64,000 nt of DNA from Nitrosopumilus sp. (GCA_965219345.1 OZ244732.1:896001-960000), one strand, 5' to 3'. Numbered from the stretch's first letter, positions 51,431-61,650 are shown. Notes: a model not told the origin generated them from the letters alone. Numbers and translations: made by a program.

Positions 51431-54400
51431 TGTCTATTCAAGCAATAAAATCAATTGATGGAATTCGATTTTCAGTATGGTCTCCAACTGAAATTAGAAA
51501 ATATTCTGTTGCTGAAATTACTGCTCCTGAAACATATGATGAAGATGGAATGGCTGTTCAAGGAGGTCTTATGGATGGTAGACTTGGTACTCTTGAGCCT
51601 GGACAAAAATGTCTAACATGTGGAAACACAGCTGCAAGATGTCCTGGGCATTTTGGACATCTTGAGCTTGCTGAACCTGTCTTACATATTGCATTCATTG
51701 ATAACATCTACAAACTACTACAATCAACATGTCGTTCTTGTGCAAGACTTAAAGTTCCTCAAGAAGATTTAGATGCATTCAAAAAAATTAAAATCAAAAA
51801 ATCTTCTTACACTGTAATTTCTCAAAAACGTATTCCAGAACAAATTATAGAGAAAGCAAAAAAAGCAAAAGAGTGCCCTCATTGTGGAAAAACACAATAC
51901 GAGTTAATCTTCACCAAGCCAACCATCTTTGTTGAGAAAACTGAAATTGGTGAGCATAGATTACTTCCAATTACCATTAGAGAAAGATTTTCACAAATAC
52001 TTGATGAAGATTTAGAACTATTATCATATGATCCTGTTACTGCTAGACCAGAATGGTTTATTCTTCAAGCATTTCCTGTTCCGCCAGTAACTGTCAGACC
52101 ATCAATTATTCTTGAAACAGGAATAAGATCAGAAGATGATTTAACCCACAAAATGGTTGATATCATCAGAGTTAATCAAAGACTAAAAGAAAGTAAAGAT
52201 GCAGGAACTCCTCCACTTATTGTTCAAGACTTGGTTGACTTGTTACAATATCACACTACAACATATTTTGATAATGAGGTTTCTGGAATTCCACAAGCAC
52301 ACCATCGTTCTGGACGTCCTCTCAAAACATTAACTCAACGACTGAAAGGAAAAGAAGGAAGATTCAGAGGTTCATTATCTGGAAAGAGAGTTGACTTTTC
52401 AAGCAGAACTGTAATCTCCCCAGATCCTAACTTGGATTTATCTGAAGTTGGAGTTCCAACTGCAGTTGCCATGAAACTAACGATTCCTGAAATTGTTACA
52501 GAATGGAATATTGAAAGAATGAAAAAACTTGTGATTAATGGACCTGAAACTTTTCCAGGCGTAAATTATATCGTTAGACCTGATGGTGTAAAGATTAGAT
52601 TAGATTTTGTAGAAGATCGTTCTACAATTGCTGAAACACTTGAGATTGGGTATCTAATTGAAAGACATCTTTCAGATGGTGATATTGTGATGTTTAACCG
52701 GCAACCATCACTCCATCAAATGTCTATTATGGCTCATTATGTTAAAGTACTTCCAGGTAAGACTTTCAGACTACATCCTTCTGTATGTCCTCCATACAAC
52801 GCAGACTTTGATGGTGATGAGATGAATCTTCACGTTCCTCAAAGTGAAGAAGCAAGAGCAGAAGCAATTCTTTTGATGAGAGTTCAAGATCAATTAATCT
52901 CTCCAAGATATGGTGGTCCAATTATTGGAGCATTAAGAGACTTTGTTACTGGCGCATATCTCCTTACTAAAGATGACACAACTTTAACCGTCCAAGAATT
53001 TTCAAACCTTGCAATGCTTGGTGGTTATACTGATACACTTCCAAAACCTGCTACCAAAACAAAAGATGGACCAGCATACACTGGAAAACAATTATTCTCA
53101 TTATTCCTTCCAAAAGACTTCAACTATGTTATCACATCAAAATGGTCAAAGGGAACGCAAGGTGCATCAAAAGATGTTGTAATTAAAAATGGTGAACTAA
53201 TCAGTGGTGTTATTGATAAAGCTTCTATTGGTGCAGAAGAACCAGAAAGTGTGTTACACAGAATTGCAAAAGACTATGGCAATCAAGTTGGAAAAGACTT
53301 TCTCAACTCTATTCTAATTATGGTTAAACAATTCATCACATCTTATGGTTTTAGTTATGGTTATGGTGATCTTGAAGTTCCAGAAAAAGATGTTCAGAAA
53401 ATTCTAGATGATATTGGATCAACTTATGATATTGTCTCTGACCTGACTCATCAATATGAGAAAGGAACTCTCAAACTCACACGAGGTATGAAACCAGAAG
53501 AGGCCTTGGAAGCCTATATTGTCAACGAATTAGGTAAAGCAAGAGACAAAGCAGGATCTACTGCAGACCAATCTCTTGATGAGACTAATTCCGGAAGAAT
53601 TATGGCAACAACTGGTGCCAGAGGTTCATCACTAAACATCGGTCAGATGGCAGGTGCCTTGGGCCAGCAATCAAGAAGAGGAAACAGACTCCATGATGGT
53701 TATCATAATCGAGCCTTGACACATTTCCAAGAACATGACGCTAATCCTGATGCACATGGATTTGTGAAATCCAATTATAGAACAGGTCTCTCTACGTTAG
53801 AATTCTTTTTCCATGCAATGGGAGGTCGTGAGGGACTTGTAGACACTGCAGTTAGAACACAACAAAGTGGTTACATGCAACGCAGATTAATTAATGCTTT
53901 AGAACACATTAGATTAGAATATGATGGAACTGTAAGAGATCCACACGGTCACATTGTTCAATTCCTTTATGGTGAAGATGGAATAGATGTAGCAAAAAGT
54001 GATCATGGTGAAGCATTTAACGCTAGTAGATTAGTTGAATCTCAAACCATTATTGATTCTGGAAAGAAAGCCACAAAAGATGAAATTGACACTCTTGCTA
54101 AGAAATACACAAAAACATTCAATCCAAGATTAACTTCACTTGTAACTGATGCCTTACATGACTCTAACCTAAGTAAAGAAGGTGCAGAAATTGTGTGTAA
54201 GAAAGGACTTTCACTTTATAATAAAGCTAAAGTGGAACCTGGACAAGCAGTGGGAATTATTACTGCTCAATCAATTGGTGAACCTGGTACTCAGATGACT
54301 TTGAGAACCTTCCACTTTGCAGGAATTAAAGAAAGAAATGTCACATTGGGTCTTCCAAGACTAATTGAATTAGTTGATGCAAGAAAGAAACCCGTTACCC

Positions 54401-55221
54401 CAACTATGGATATCTACCTTGATAAAGAAATAAAGAAATCACGAGAAAAGGCAATTGAGGTTGCAAGAAATGTATTACAAACTAAAGTAAGTGCATTAAT
54501 TGCTGATACTGAAACTGATTATTCTACTGAAATCAAATTAATTTTGAGCGAAAAGAGACTTGGAGAGAGAGGATGTTCCATTGCAGAGGTGGAAACATCA
54601 CTTTCATCAAATAAAAAATTTAAGATGGAAACAACTGGAGAATTAATTACCCTAAAATTAGTTGAAGAATCTGATACTGCAACAGTAATTGCAATTAGAA
54701 ATAAAATTCTTAATACCACAGTTAAAGGAGTCCCAGATATTGAACGTGTCACATTAGTTCAAAAAGATGATGAATGGGTAATCCAAACAACTGGCTCTAA
54801 CATTGCAAAAGTACTTGAAGTCAAAGGTATTGACAAACAGAATGTTAGAACAAACAATGTCTTTGAAATTGCAGGAACTTTGGGTATTGAAGCTGCAAGA
54901 AATTCATTAATTAACGAACTAAATCATACTTTAGAGGATCAAGGATTGGAGGTTGATAATAGATACATTATGTTGGTCTCTGACTTGATGTGTTCAAGAG
55001 GATATATGCAACAAATTGGCAGACATGGAATTGCTGGTACCAAAGATAGTGTTCTTGCAAGAGCTGCATTTGAAATTACAGTGCCAACAATTGCACATGC
55101 TGCACTTGCTGGAGATGTAGAACAACTCAAAGGAATTACTGAAAACGTAATTGTTGGAAGCAATATTCCAATTGGAAGTGGCACTGTTGATTTATACATG
55201 CAAGTCTCCAAAAAGAAGTAG
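51430..55221 (+). CDS. rpoA: RNA polymerase subunit A (Rpo1, A'/A'' unsplit)
   Basis: NADFDGDEMN and TQMTLRTFH in one 1263-aa ORF. Confidence 0.99.
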   Translation: MSIQAIKSIDGIRFSVWSPTEIRKYSVAEITAPETYDEDGMAVQGGLMDGRLGTLEPGQKCLTCGNTAARCPGHFGHLELAEPVLHIAFIDNIYKLLQSTCRSCARLKVPQEDLDAFKKIKIKKSSYTVISQKRIPEQIIEKAKKAKECPHCGKTQYELIFTKPTIFVEKTEIGEHRLLPITIRERFSQILDEDLELLSYDPVTARPEWFILQAFPVPPVTVRPSIILETGIRSEDDLTHKMVDIIRVNQRLKESKDAGTPPLIVQDLVDLLQYHTTTYFDNEVSGIPQAHHRSGRPLKTLTQRLKGKEGRFRGSLSGKRVDFSSRTVISPDPNLDLSEVGVPTAVAMKLTIPEIVTEWNIERMKKLVINGPETFPGVNYIVRPDGVKIRLDFVEDRSTIAETLEIGYLIERHLSDGDIVMFNRQPSLHQMSIMAHYVKVLPGKTFRLHPSVCPPYNADFDGDEMNLHVPQSEEARAEAILLMRVQDQLISPRYGGPIIGALRDFVTGAYLLTKDDTTLTVQEFSNLAMLGGYTDTLPKPATKTKDGPAYTGKQLFSLFLPKDFNYVITSKWSKGTQGASKDVVIKNGELISGVIDKASIGAEEPESVLHRIAKDYGNQVGKDFLNSILIMVKQFITSYGFSYGYGDLEVPEKDVQKILDDIGSTYDIVSDLTHQYEKGTLKLTRGMKPEEALEAYIVNELGKARDKAGSTADQSLDETNSGRIMATTGARGSSLNIGQMAGALGQQSRRGNRLHDGYHNRALTHFQEHDANPDAHGFVKSNYRTGLSTLEFFFHAMGGREGLVDTAVRTQQSGYMQRRLINALEHIRLEYDGTVRDPHGHIVQFLYGEDGIDVAKSDHGEAFNASRLVESQTIIDSGKKATKDEIDTLAKKYTKTFNPRLTSLVTDALHDSNLSKEGAEIVCKKGLSLYNKAKVEPGQAVGIITAQSIGEPGTQMTLRTFHFAGIKERNVTLGLPRLIELVDARKKPVTPTMDIYLDKEIKKSREKAIEVARNVLQTKVSALIADTETDYSTEIKLILSEKRLGERGCSIAEVETSLSSNKKFKMETTGELITLKLVEESDTATVIAIRNKILNTTVKGVPDIERVTLVQKDDEWVIQTTGSNIAKVLEVKGIDKQNVRTNNVFEIAGTLGIEAARNSLINELNHTLEDQGLEVDNRYIMLVSDLMCSRGYMQQIGRHGIAGTKDSVLARAAFEITVPTIAHAALAGDVEQLKGITENVIVGSNIPIGSGTVDLYMQVSKKK

Positions 55222-55264
55222 CCTATAACCACTTTTTTAAGCAAGTTTTTCCCTGAAACCTCCT

Positions 55265-55376
55265 ATGTTCAAGGCAAATCCACAGATCCAGAAAAAAGTC
55301 ATTGAGATTCTAAAAGATCCTGATACGAAAGAGTGGATAGACACTATTAGATCTGATAGTGCAAGAAGAAACTATC
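55265..55376 (+). pseudogene. ORF start cut by a MITE, possibly an integrase N-terminus
   Basis: MFKANPQIQKKVIEILKDPDTKEWIDTIRSDSARRNY; the W...S..R..Y pattern recalls integrase N-terminal domains. Confidence 0.4.
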
Positions 55377-55546
55377 GGTTCTGGTAAATTCTGGTGATCT
55401 GCACCATAAATCATCAGACATAGTTCTTCTCCGAATCGCTCTTTGAAATCCTCGGATAACTAGTACTTGATAATTTTCTCGAAATTATCTATCATAACCA
55501 TGCTGTTAAATTCTGGTGATCTTGATCACCATTTTTTACCAGAACT
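55377..55546 (+). mobile_element. MITE copy 4
   Basis: Same body; right end CCAGAACT. Confidence 0.9.
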
Positions 55547-55658
55547 GGTTTGATCTATTCTTGTAATTTGATCTTGTTTTTCAACAATTTGTTTTCCACG
55601 TGTTTGTCTTTGATTTATACGATAGACACCTCAAAAATTATAAAGTAGTAAAAACAAA

Positions 55659-55747
55659 CGGTGAGTGTGGGAATTGAACCCACGATGTCCTTCTCAGAGA
55701 CAATCGCCTCATCAAGGCGACATCTTACCATACTAGATAAACTCACC
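55659..55747 (-). tRNA. atypical tRNA gene, anticodon GAU, long variable arm, G73
   Basis: GGTGAGT TT ATCT-AGTATGGTA-AGAT G TCGCC-TTGATGA-GGCGA TTGTCTCTGAGAAGGACATC GTGGG-TTCAATT-CCCAC ACTCACC G; all four main stems fully Watson-Crick; TATAAATA about 25-32 nt upstream. Confidence 0.88.
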
Positions 55748-55749
55748 AT

Positions 55750-56019
55750 GTGTTATTATTAACACTAGGGTTATTTATAGATTTAGTTAACAATATGGTT
55801 AACAATAAATTTATAATGACATGGATATTATTTCATACTATGACAAGATGGAAGAAAGATAAAACAGAGTTTAGCGTTTCAATAAACACACTTTCAAATA
55901 GAAATGGTTCAACATCTCAAGTTTGTACAATTCCAAAACCAATAATAGAATTTTTGGGAGAACCTGAAAATCTAAAGTTTGTTATTCGTGGTAAGGGAAT
56001 TGTTGTAACATCAAACTAA
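55750..56019 (+). CDS. AbrB/SpoVT-like small DNA-binding protein (likely start at MTRWKKD, 55840)
   Basis: EFSVSI...CTIPKPIIEFLG...LKFVI. Confidence 0.65.
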   Translation: MLLLTLGLFIDLVNNMVNNKFIMTWILFHTMTRWKKDKTEFSVSINTLSNRNGSTSQVCTIPKPIIEFLGEPENLKFVIRGKGIVVTSN

Positions 56020-56050
56020 CAAGATTGAATAAAAACAAAGAAAAAGAATA

Positions 56051-56240
56051 TTATGTAAACTGTTGAGATTCTTTTTTCATATAGTTTGAAACGAGTTTTT
56101 TACCATTTTCATTTATGAAATATTTTTTACAAAACCCATTTTCTGCTTTGACTTTCTCAGATCTTAAAAGACCTACTTTTTCCAGTTTACTCAATCGGGA
56201 AATTACTGCTCCTTTATCTGCGTTTAGTTTGGTTATCGGT
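56051..56240 (-). pseudogene. C-terminal half of a wHTH regulator
   Basis: KLNADKGAVISRLSKLEKVGLLRSEK...KYFINENGKKLV. Confidence 0.6.
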
Positions 56241-57059
56241 ATTACCCCTGATGCTATTTTCCAGTGTGACGATGACAAACAAGGAATCGCATGTGAAATT
56301 AAAACATCTCTTCCAGCATCTGAGAAATATTTACTCAATGATATGAAAAATCTAATTGAGAAATATTCTGATATTAAAAAAGGTTGGAAAACAAAAAATG
56401 GAACCATTAAAGATCATTCTATTTTATTATTATTACATAGAACTGATTCTAAAAAATTTAATTCCCTTTTATCTAAATGGATTGACGCTAAAGATATTGT
56501 AACTGATAAAAATATCTGTATTGCAGACTGGCAATCAATTCGTCCGTTTAAAGTAGGTTCCAAAGATACTACTTTACTTAGCCATCGTTCTGGAACTACT
56601 GGTTGTGATTATTTTGATAAAAAATTAACAGATGATATTGAATTAGATACTGATGCACTTTTTTTGGGATATGAAACAAGAAAATTTGTAAAATCTGCTC
56701 CCCCTAATCTCTATATTATGACTATGCTATATCAGGACATATTTCCAACATTTGCCAACAATGAAGATGAATTTACTGTTACTGTTAAACAACTGATGAA
56801 AATCTTGACGGATTATTATGCAAGTTGGTCTGGTTTAGAGGGAGAACAAACTCAAATTAGAACAAGATGGGTAGTTTGGGCTATGGATAAGTTTACGGAA
56901 ATAAAAATTGCCGAAAAAATACCTGAAAAATCCTACGCATACCGTGTTAAATGGTCTAAAAATTTGCCTAAAGATATTAAAGAATATCTCTTGGTCAAAT
57001 TATGTGGCAAAGAAGAAGATGCTATAGTTGATCCCAAACAAACTAAATTAAACACCTGA
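56115..57059 (+). CDS. PD-(D/E)XK nuclease-like protein, probably 5'-truncated
   Basis: ITPDAIFQ...IACEIKTS; the first ~40 codons are antisense to the wHTH fragment. Confidence 0.55.
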   Translation: MKYFLQNPFSALTFSDLKRPTFSSLLNREITAPLSAFSLVIGITPDAIFQCDDDKQGIACEIKTSLPASEKYLLNDMKNLIEKYSDIKKGWKTKNGTIKDHSILLLLHRTDSKKFNSLLSKWIDAKDIVTDKNICIADWQSIRPFKVGSKDTTLLSHRSGTTGCDYFDKKLTDDIELDTDALFLGYETRKFVKSAPPNLYIMTMLYQDIFPTFANNEDEFTVTVKQLMKILTDYYASWSGLEGEQTQIRTRWVVWAMDKFTEIKIAEKIPEKSYAYRVKWSKNLPKDIKEYLLVKLCGKEEDAIVDPKQTKLNT

Positions 57060-57163
57060 TTTTTTACTTAATTTTATTTTTCAAAAACTACCAAAATATT
57101 GAAAATCGTTCATGTAAACTGTTTATTTTAAATGGTTAAATTCTAGAGCAGAAAACTTACTTC

Positions 57164-57649
57164 ATGGATTTTGAACTAATCGAAAAAATTCTTAAAAATG
57201 CATTAAAGAAATTGAAAGAATTTGATTTCAAATTATTAGAAGTTAATGTAAATGAAAGAACGATTTCTCATAAACTGGCAGAATATCTTCAGCAAAACAT
57301 TCACGATTTATCTGTTGATTGTGAATACAATAGACGTCAGGGATCAATAAAGAAATCAAATATTCCATGTGATGATACTGACAGAGAGGATTCAGATGCT
57401 AAGGCCATTCTTCCAGATATTGTTATTCATAAGAGAAATACTAATGATGAGAATCTTCTAATCATAGAAATAAAAAAATCCACCAATAACCAAAGCCATG
57501 ATTCTGATATATCTAAAATTAAGGCATTAACTAATGAACCATATAATTACAAATTTGGTTTATTTTTAGAAATTAATGTTGCTGAAGGAAGTGATTCTTT
57601 AAAGTGGTTCAAGGAAGGCAAATTATTCAAACAAGTAGACTTGAATTAA
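57164..57649 (+). CDS. PD-(D/E)XK nuclease-fold protein
   Basis: NERTISHKLAEYL, VDCEYNR, LPDIVIH...IIEIKK. Confidence 0.7.
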   Translation: MDFELIEKILKNALKKLKEFDFKLLEVNVNERTISHKLAEYLQQNIHDLSVDCEYNRRQGSIKKSNIPCDDTDREDSDAKAILPDIVIHKRNTNDENLLIIEIKKSTNNQSHDSDISKIKALTNEPYNYKFGLFLEINVAEGSDSLKWFKEGKLFKQVDLN

Positions 57650-57707
57650 GTATTTGAATAGATATTATGCAGAAGAAATTCTAAGAATTACTTTTAAAGG
57701 ACTTTGA

Positions 57708-58130
57708 TTGAAGGAAACTACGTTTTTTTACCAAAAAATTCCTATTACTCCAAAAAAGAAATCTGGATTATTATCCAAAGATGTTTTGAATCAAAAAATT
57801 AAACCTCAGCCAAATCTTAAGGATGCAAAAAAATTGCTAGATATGAAAATCAAAAAATCAAATGTTGTGTTTTTAATCGATGAAAATATTCTAGGAATTG
57901 ATCGATATCTCTCATCTTTTGAAATAAAATACAGAAAAGTAGGTGATATTAACTGCCCTCCCAGAGGTTCAGATGATCCTACTGTGGCAAAATTCGCTCA
58001 GAAACATAATCTTGTGGTTGTGACAAATGATGAAACTCCAAAAACAATGTGAACCATTAGATGTCCCTTGTATTGTTCCAACTCTTAGTGATTTGGCAAA
58101 AAAAGTAAGAGCATATTCAAATTCACGCTA
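57708..58130 (+). pseudogene. PIN-like (DUF5615/Mut7-C-type) protein, frameshifted near the 3' end
   Basis: FLIDENI...SDD..VAKFAQKHNLVVVTND; a shifted frame continues LQKQCEPLDVPCIV. Confidence 0.6.
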
Positions 58131-58309
58131 ATCACCTTTCAAAACCCCATTTGAAAATGTCTAAATATGGTTGAATAAGTTCAAAATTGAACAATAATTG
58201 CTTAATTTTTTACATATTACATCCTACAAATCTACAAAAACTGACAACTTGTACATGCAAGTAAGTAAGAAAAAATGAGGAACAAAAATTAAACTACAAG
58301 TGAATAATT

Positions 58310-58540
58310 ATGTCTTATGAAATCTCAACATTAATGAATAACACTAAAAACAAAGTTGTTACACTTAGACTGCGAAACAACAAAACTATTCAAGGCATAC
58401 TCAAAGAATTTGATATTCATATGAATTTGACCTTGGAAGATGCAGAAGATGTATCTGTTGAAAAAACTGAAAAAATTGGAACTGTTTTGGTACGTGGCGA
58501 TAATATTTTAGCAGTATCAATGCCTAAAGAAGAATCTTAG
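58310..58540 (+). CDS. Lsm/SmAP RNA-binding protein
   Basis: GILKEFDIHMNLTLEDA and VRGDNI Sm motifs. Confidence 0.93.
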   Translation: MSYEISTLMNNTKNKVVTLRLRNNKTIQGILKEFDIHMNLTLEDAEDVSVEKTEKIGTVLVRGDNILAVSMPKEES

Positions 58541-58571
58541 AAATTCATTCATCAAACATTAAATTCAATCT

Positions 58572-59768
58572 TTGACAAATTTTATCATGTATCTGCTTTT
58601 TGTATTTTTTCCATTGATTCTTTTTCCTGCATTTGGAGAATCAATACCTGATTATAATGATCCATATGCTCCAATTTTTACTGATAAGACTACATACACT
58701 TGGACTGACAAAATAAAAATTACAATAATAGCACCAAGTTGGAATACTGGCAAATACCTAATTGACTCAATTGGAGGTAGTGAAGATCATCCAATTAAAA
58801 TTTCTACAAGGGAAAATTCTCTAGAACCATATCGATTTACTGAAACAGACGTCAATTCAGGAATTTTCACAGCTGAGGTTATTCTTACAGGCTTTTCACA
58901 TGATGCTGATGGCGATGGAGATGTTGATACAACGCCTAGAACCATTGGTAATGGACCCACTAATGGATTTTTGGAAGTTGACAGGAATTCATCCATTACA
59001 ATCTCATTTGAATTTGCAGATGGTGTGGTATTAACTGAGTCTGTTCCTGTAAGTTGGAATCTTGGAACAATTCAATTTTCCAAAGAGACTTTTTTTTCAG
59101 ATGATTCTGTAATAATACGTGTCATTGATCTTGATATGAATCTAAATCCTGAAGCGCTTGATCATATTCCTATACAACTTTTTTCAGACTCTGATATTGC
59201 AGGAATTGAGGTTAATGCTATAGAGACATCTAAAAGTTCTGGTTTATTTATTGCCACAGTCTCTTTGTCTCAAACTTTGCCTTCTAGTGGAAATAGACTT
59301 TATTCTTCACTTGGAGATGAAATTTTTGCTAAATATGATGACCATACATTGCCAAAACCATATTCTACGTTAGATAATTTAGAAATTATAACTACTGCTA
59401 GAACTGATTCACCAATTCCTCCAATTGAAAGACTAGATAATTCTCGAATTGTTTTGTCTGATAGTCTTGGCAATCAATTAGAGTCATTTTTACCAAATAA
59501 TCAAATACAGATAGTTGGAACTATAATAAATGATCATAACTTTAAGCAGAAATTTGTTTATCTATTTCAAGTAAAAAATATCACTGATTCTGTAGAATCA
59601 ATTTCATGGATTCAAGGTGAACTATCTCCTAAACAAAGTCTAGATGTTTCTCAATCTTGGATCCCTAAAAAATCTGGAATATATCAAATTGAAACATTTG
59701 TTTGGAGTTCTCTAAATGATCCAATAGCATTAGCTCCAGAAATGTCAACTTCGATCGTAGTTGAATGA
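58572..59768 (+). CDS. secreted hypothetical protein
   Basis: Signal peptide, ETDVNSGIFT repeats, C-terminal Ig-like SWIP..G.Y motif. Confidence 0.8.
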   Translation: MTNFIMYLLFVFFPLILFPAFGESIPDYNDPYAPIFTDKTTYTWTDKIKITIIAPSWNTGKYLIDSIGGSEDHPIKISTRENSLEPYRFTETDVNSGIFTAEVILTGFSHDADGDGDVDTTPRTIGNGPTNGFLEVDRNSSITISFEFADGVVLTESVPVSWNLGTIQFSKETFFSDDSVIIRVIDLDMNLNPEALDHIPIQLFSDSDIAGIEVNAIETSKSSGLFIATVSLSQTLPSSGNRLYSSLGDEIFAKYDDHTLPKPYSTLDNLEIITTARTDSPIPPIERLDNSRIVLSDSLGNQLESFLPNNQIQIVGTIINDHNFKQKFVYLFQVKNITDSVESISWIQGELSPKQSLDVSQSWIPKKSGIYQIETFVWSSLNDPIALAPEMSTSIVVE

Positions 59769-59820
59769 AAAAGTATGATTGCTACGTTACCATTAAATAG
59801 AAAATTACGTTTTTCCCCGT

Positions 59821-61182
59821 GTGTTAGGACGCTTTATGGGAATAATGCTGGTGTTGATCGCATTATCTTCTTTAATTCTTACTGAAGTTTTTGCTGATTC
59901 CTACGTTGAGGATTTTGTTGAGCCTGAAATTACCTTACTTTATACTGACAAAAAACATTACACTGACAAAGACCTGATCAAAATTACTGGTCTTGTTTCC
60001 GCACTAGATTCTCCTACAGTGTTAATCGGAGTTTATGATCCCTCTGGAATGCCTGCAGGATTTTATATTGTCCCAATTGATTCTGATTTAGAATTTTCAA
60101 CAAGTTTTCCTGTAAAAGCTGGAGTCAATTTTAGAACAGATGGAACTTATTCAATAAAAGCACATTATGTAGAAACAGAAGCAACATCTTTTTTTGATTA
60201 CAATGAAATTTTACAACCAACCATTGAGAAACCTGTAGAAACCATTGAGAAACCTGTAGAAACCATTGAGAAACCTGTAGAAACCATTGAGAAACCTGTA
60301 GAAACCATTGAGAAACCTGTAGAAACCATTGAGAAACCTGTAGAAACCATTGAGAAACCTGTAGAAACCATTGAGAAACCTGTAGAAACCATTGAGAAAC
60401 CTGTAGAAACCATTGAGAAACCTGTAGAAACCATTGAGAAACCTGTAGAAACCATTGAAGAAAAAATTATTTCTGATGTTACGAACATTTCAATCGATGT
60501 GCAAATAATTAAAGAAGAATCTAATGATAATTACGAATCTGTTGATAAAAATTCTATAATTAGTAACACAAAAAAAATTACACCAACAACTGAACTCAAA
60601 AAACATGATAATCTAACTGTAGAAGACATAGAATTAGGAAAACTACTAAATCAAATTAATCTAAAATGTGATTCAAGTACTTTTACTGATACAATTTCAT
60701 ATTATGATGGAATGGGTCCTGCGTTGTATCGTTTATGTAAATTTGATAGTTCTTTGAATTTTTTTAATGACTCTTTGATCAATAATCCCAATGATGTGGA
60801 AATTCTTGTAAACAAAGGTTCTACCTTAGGTAAATTGGGATATTTTTCAGAGGCAATAGTATACTATGATCAAGCAATCAATGTTGATCCTGATTTCCTA
60901 CCTGCTAAAAATAACAAGGCTAATGCCCTTGCAAATCTAGGAAATTTTGATGAGGCCATTTCATTGTATACTGAAATTCTAGAGGAAAACTCCGATTATA
61001 TCACTGCCAGAAATAATCTTGAAATTGCATTATCAGAAACTGAAAATGTTGTTAATCAACAACCCACTATATCTGAAAAAACTATTTCATTTGAATCTAA
61101 AAAACAAAAACCAACTAACTTTTTTGAAGAACTAAGTCATGTATTTTCTTCTTTAGGTTCTCTATTTGATTTTCTAAACTAA
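59821..61182 (+). CDS. secreted TPR protein
   Basis: NKG..L..LG...EAI..YD.A TPR motifs; low-complexity linker. Confidence 0.88.
   Translation: MLGRFMGIMLVLIALSSLILTEVFADSYVEDFVEPEITLLYTDKKHYTDKDLIKITGLVSALDSPTVLIGVYDPSGMPAGFYIVPIDSDLEFSTSFPVKAGVNFRTDGTYSIKAHYVETEATSFFDYNEILQPTIEKPVETIEKPVETIEKPVETIEKPVETIEKPVETIEKPVETIEKPVETIEKPVETIEKPVETIEKPVETIEKPVETIEEKIISDVTNISIDVQIIKEESNDNYESVDKNSIISNTKKITPTTELKKHDNLTVEDIELGKLLNQINLKCDSSTFTDTISYYDGMGPALYRLCKFDSSLNFFNDSLINNPNDVEILVNKGSTLGKLGYFSEAIVYYDQAINVDPDFLPAKNNKANALANLGNFDEAISLYTEILEENSDYITARNNLEIALSETENVVNQQPTISEKTISFESKKQKPTNFFEELSHVFSSLGSLFDFLN
60220..60450 (+). repeat. 21-bp coding tandem repeat, 11 perfect copies (TIEKPVE)
   Basis: ACCATTGAGAAACCTGTAGAA x11. 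Confidence 0.95.
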
Positions 61183-61260
61183 GTTTTTACGCTTTTAACT
61201 GTGCTTAATTTTTCAATAAACCTATAAAGCCCGACAAGACGATCGTCAATAGGTAAACAC

Positions 61261-61584
61261 ATGAGTAAGATACTTGAAAAATCATTGAAAGATGCCCTCA
61301 AAGAGGATAAGTTAACGATGGGCGCTAAACAAGTTTTAAACTCTGTAAAAAATTCCAAGCTAGTTGTATTGTCTCAATCAGTTGAAAAAGAAATGTTTGA
61401 GAAAATTGAATCAGATGCAAAAAAAGAAAAAGTACCGTTAGTGAACTTCCAAGGAACATCAGTCGCATTGGGTAGATTATGTGGCTTACAATTTAGAATT
61501 TCAACAATTTCATTTACATCAATAACTGATGGTAACATCAAGTCAATTCTAAAAGATACAGAAGCTGAGGAAAAAAATGAATAG
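61261..61584 (+). CDS. rpl30e: 50S ribosomal protein L30e
   Basis: L7Ae/L30e pattern GAKQV...LGRLCG..F; located before nusA. Confidence 0.9.
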   Translation: MSKILEKSLKDALKEDKLTMGAKQVLNSVKNSKLVVLSQSVEKEMFEKIESDAKKEKVPLVNFQGTSVALGRLCGLQFRISTISFTSITDGNIKSILKDTEAEEKNE

Positions 61585-61650
61585 TTGTATTTCATTTTAT
61601 GAAAGTTTAAATGAGACATTTCTGTTCGGTGATAATTAGGAATTTTTTTT

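Noticed and set aside
51430-55221. Unsplit RpoA as a novelty
   Set aside because: Known trait of this phylum
60198-60488. Minus-strand ORF (MVSTGFS)n
   Set aside because: Antisense of the 21-bp VNTR
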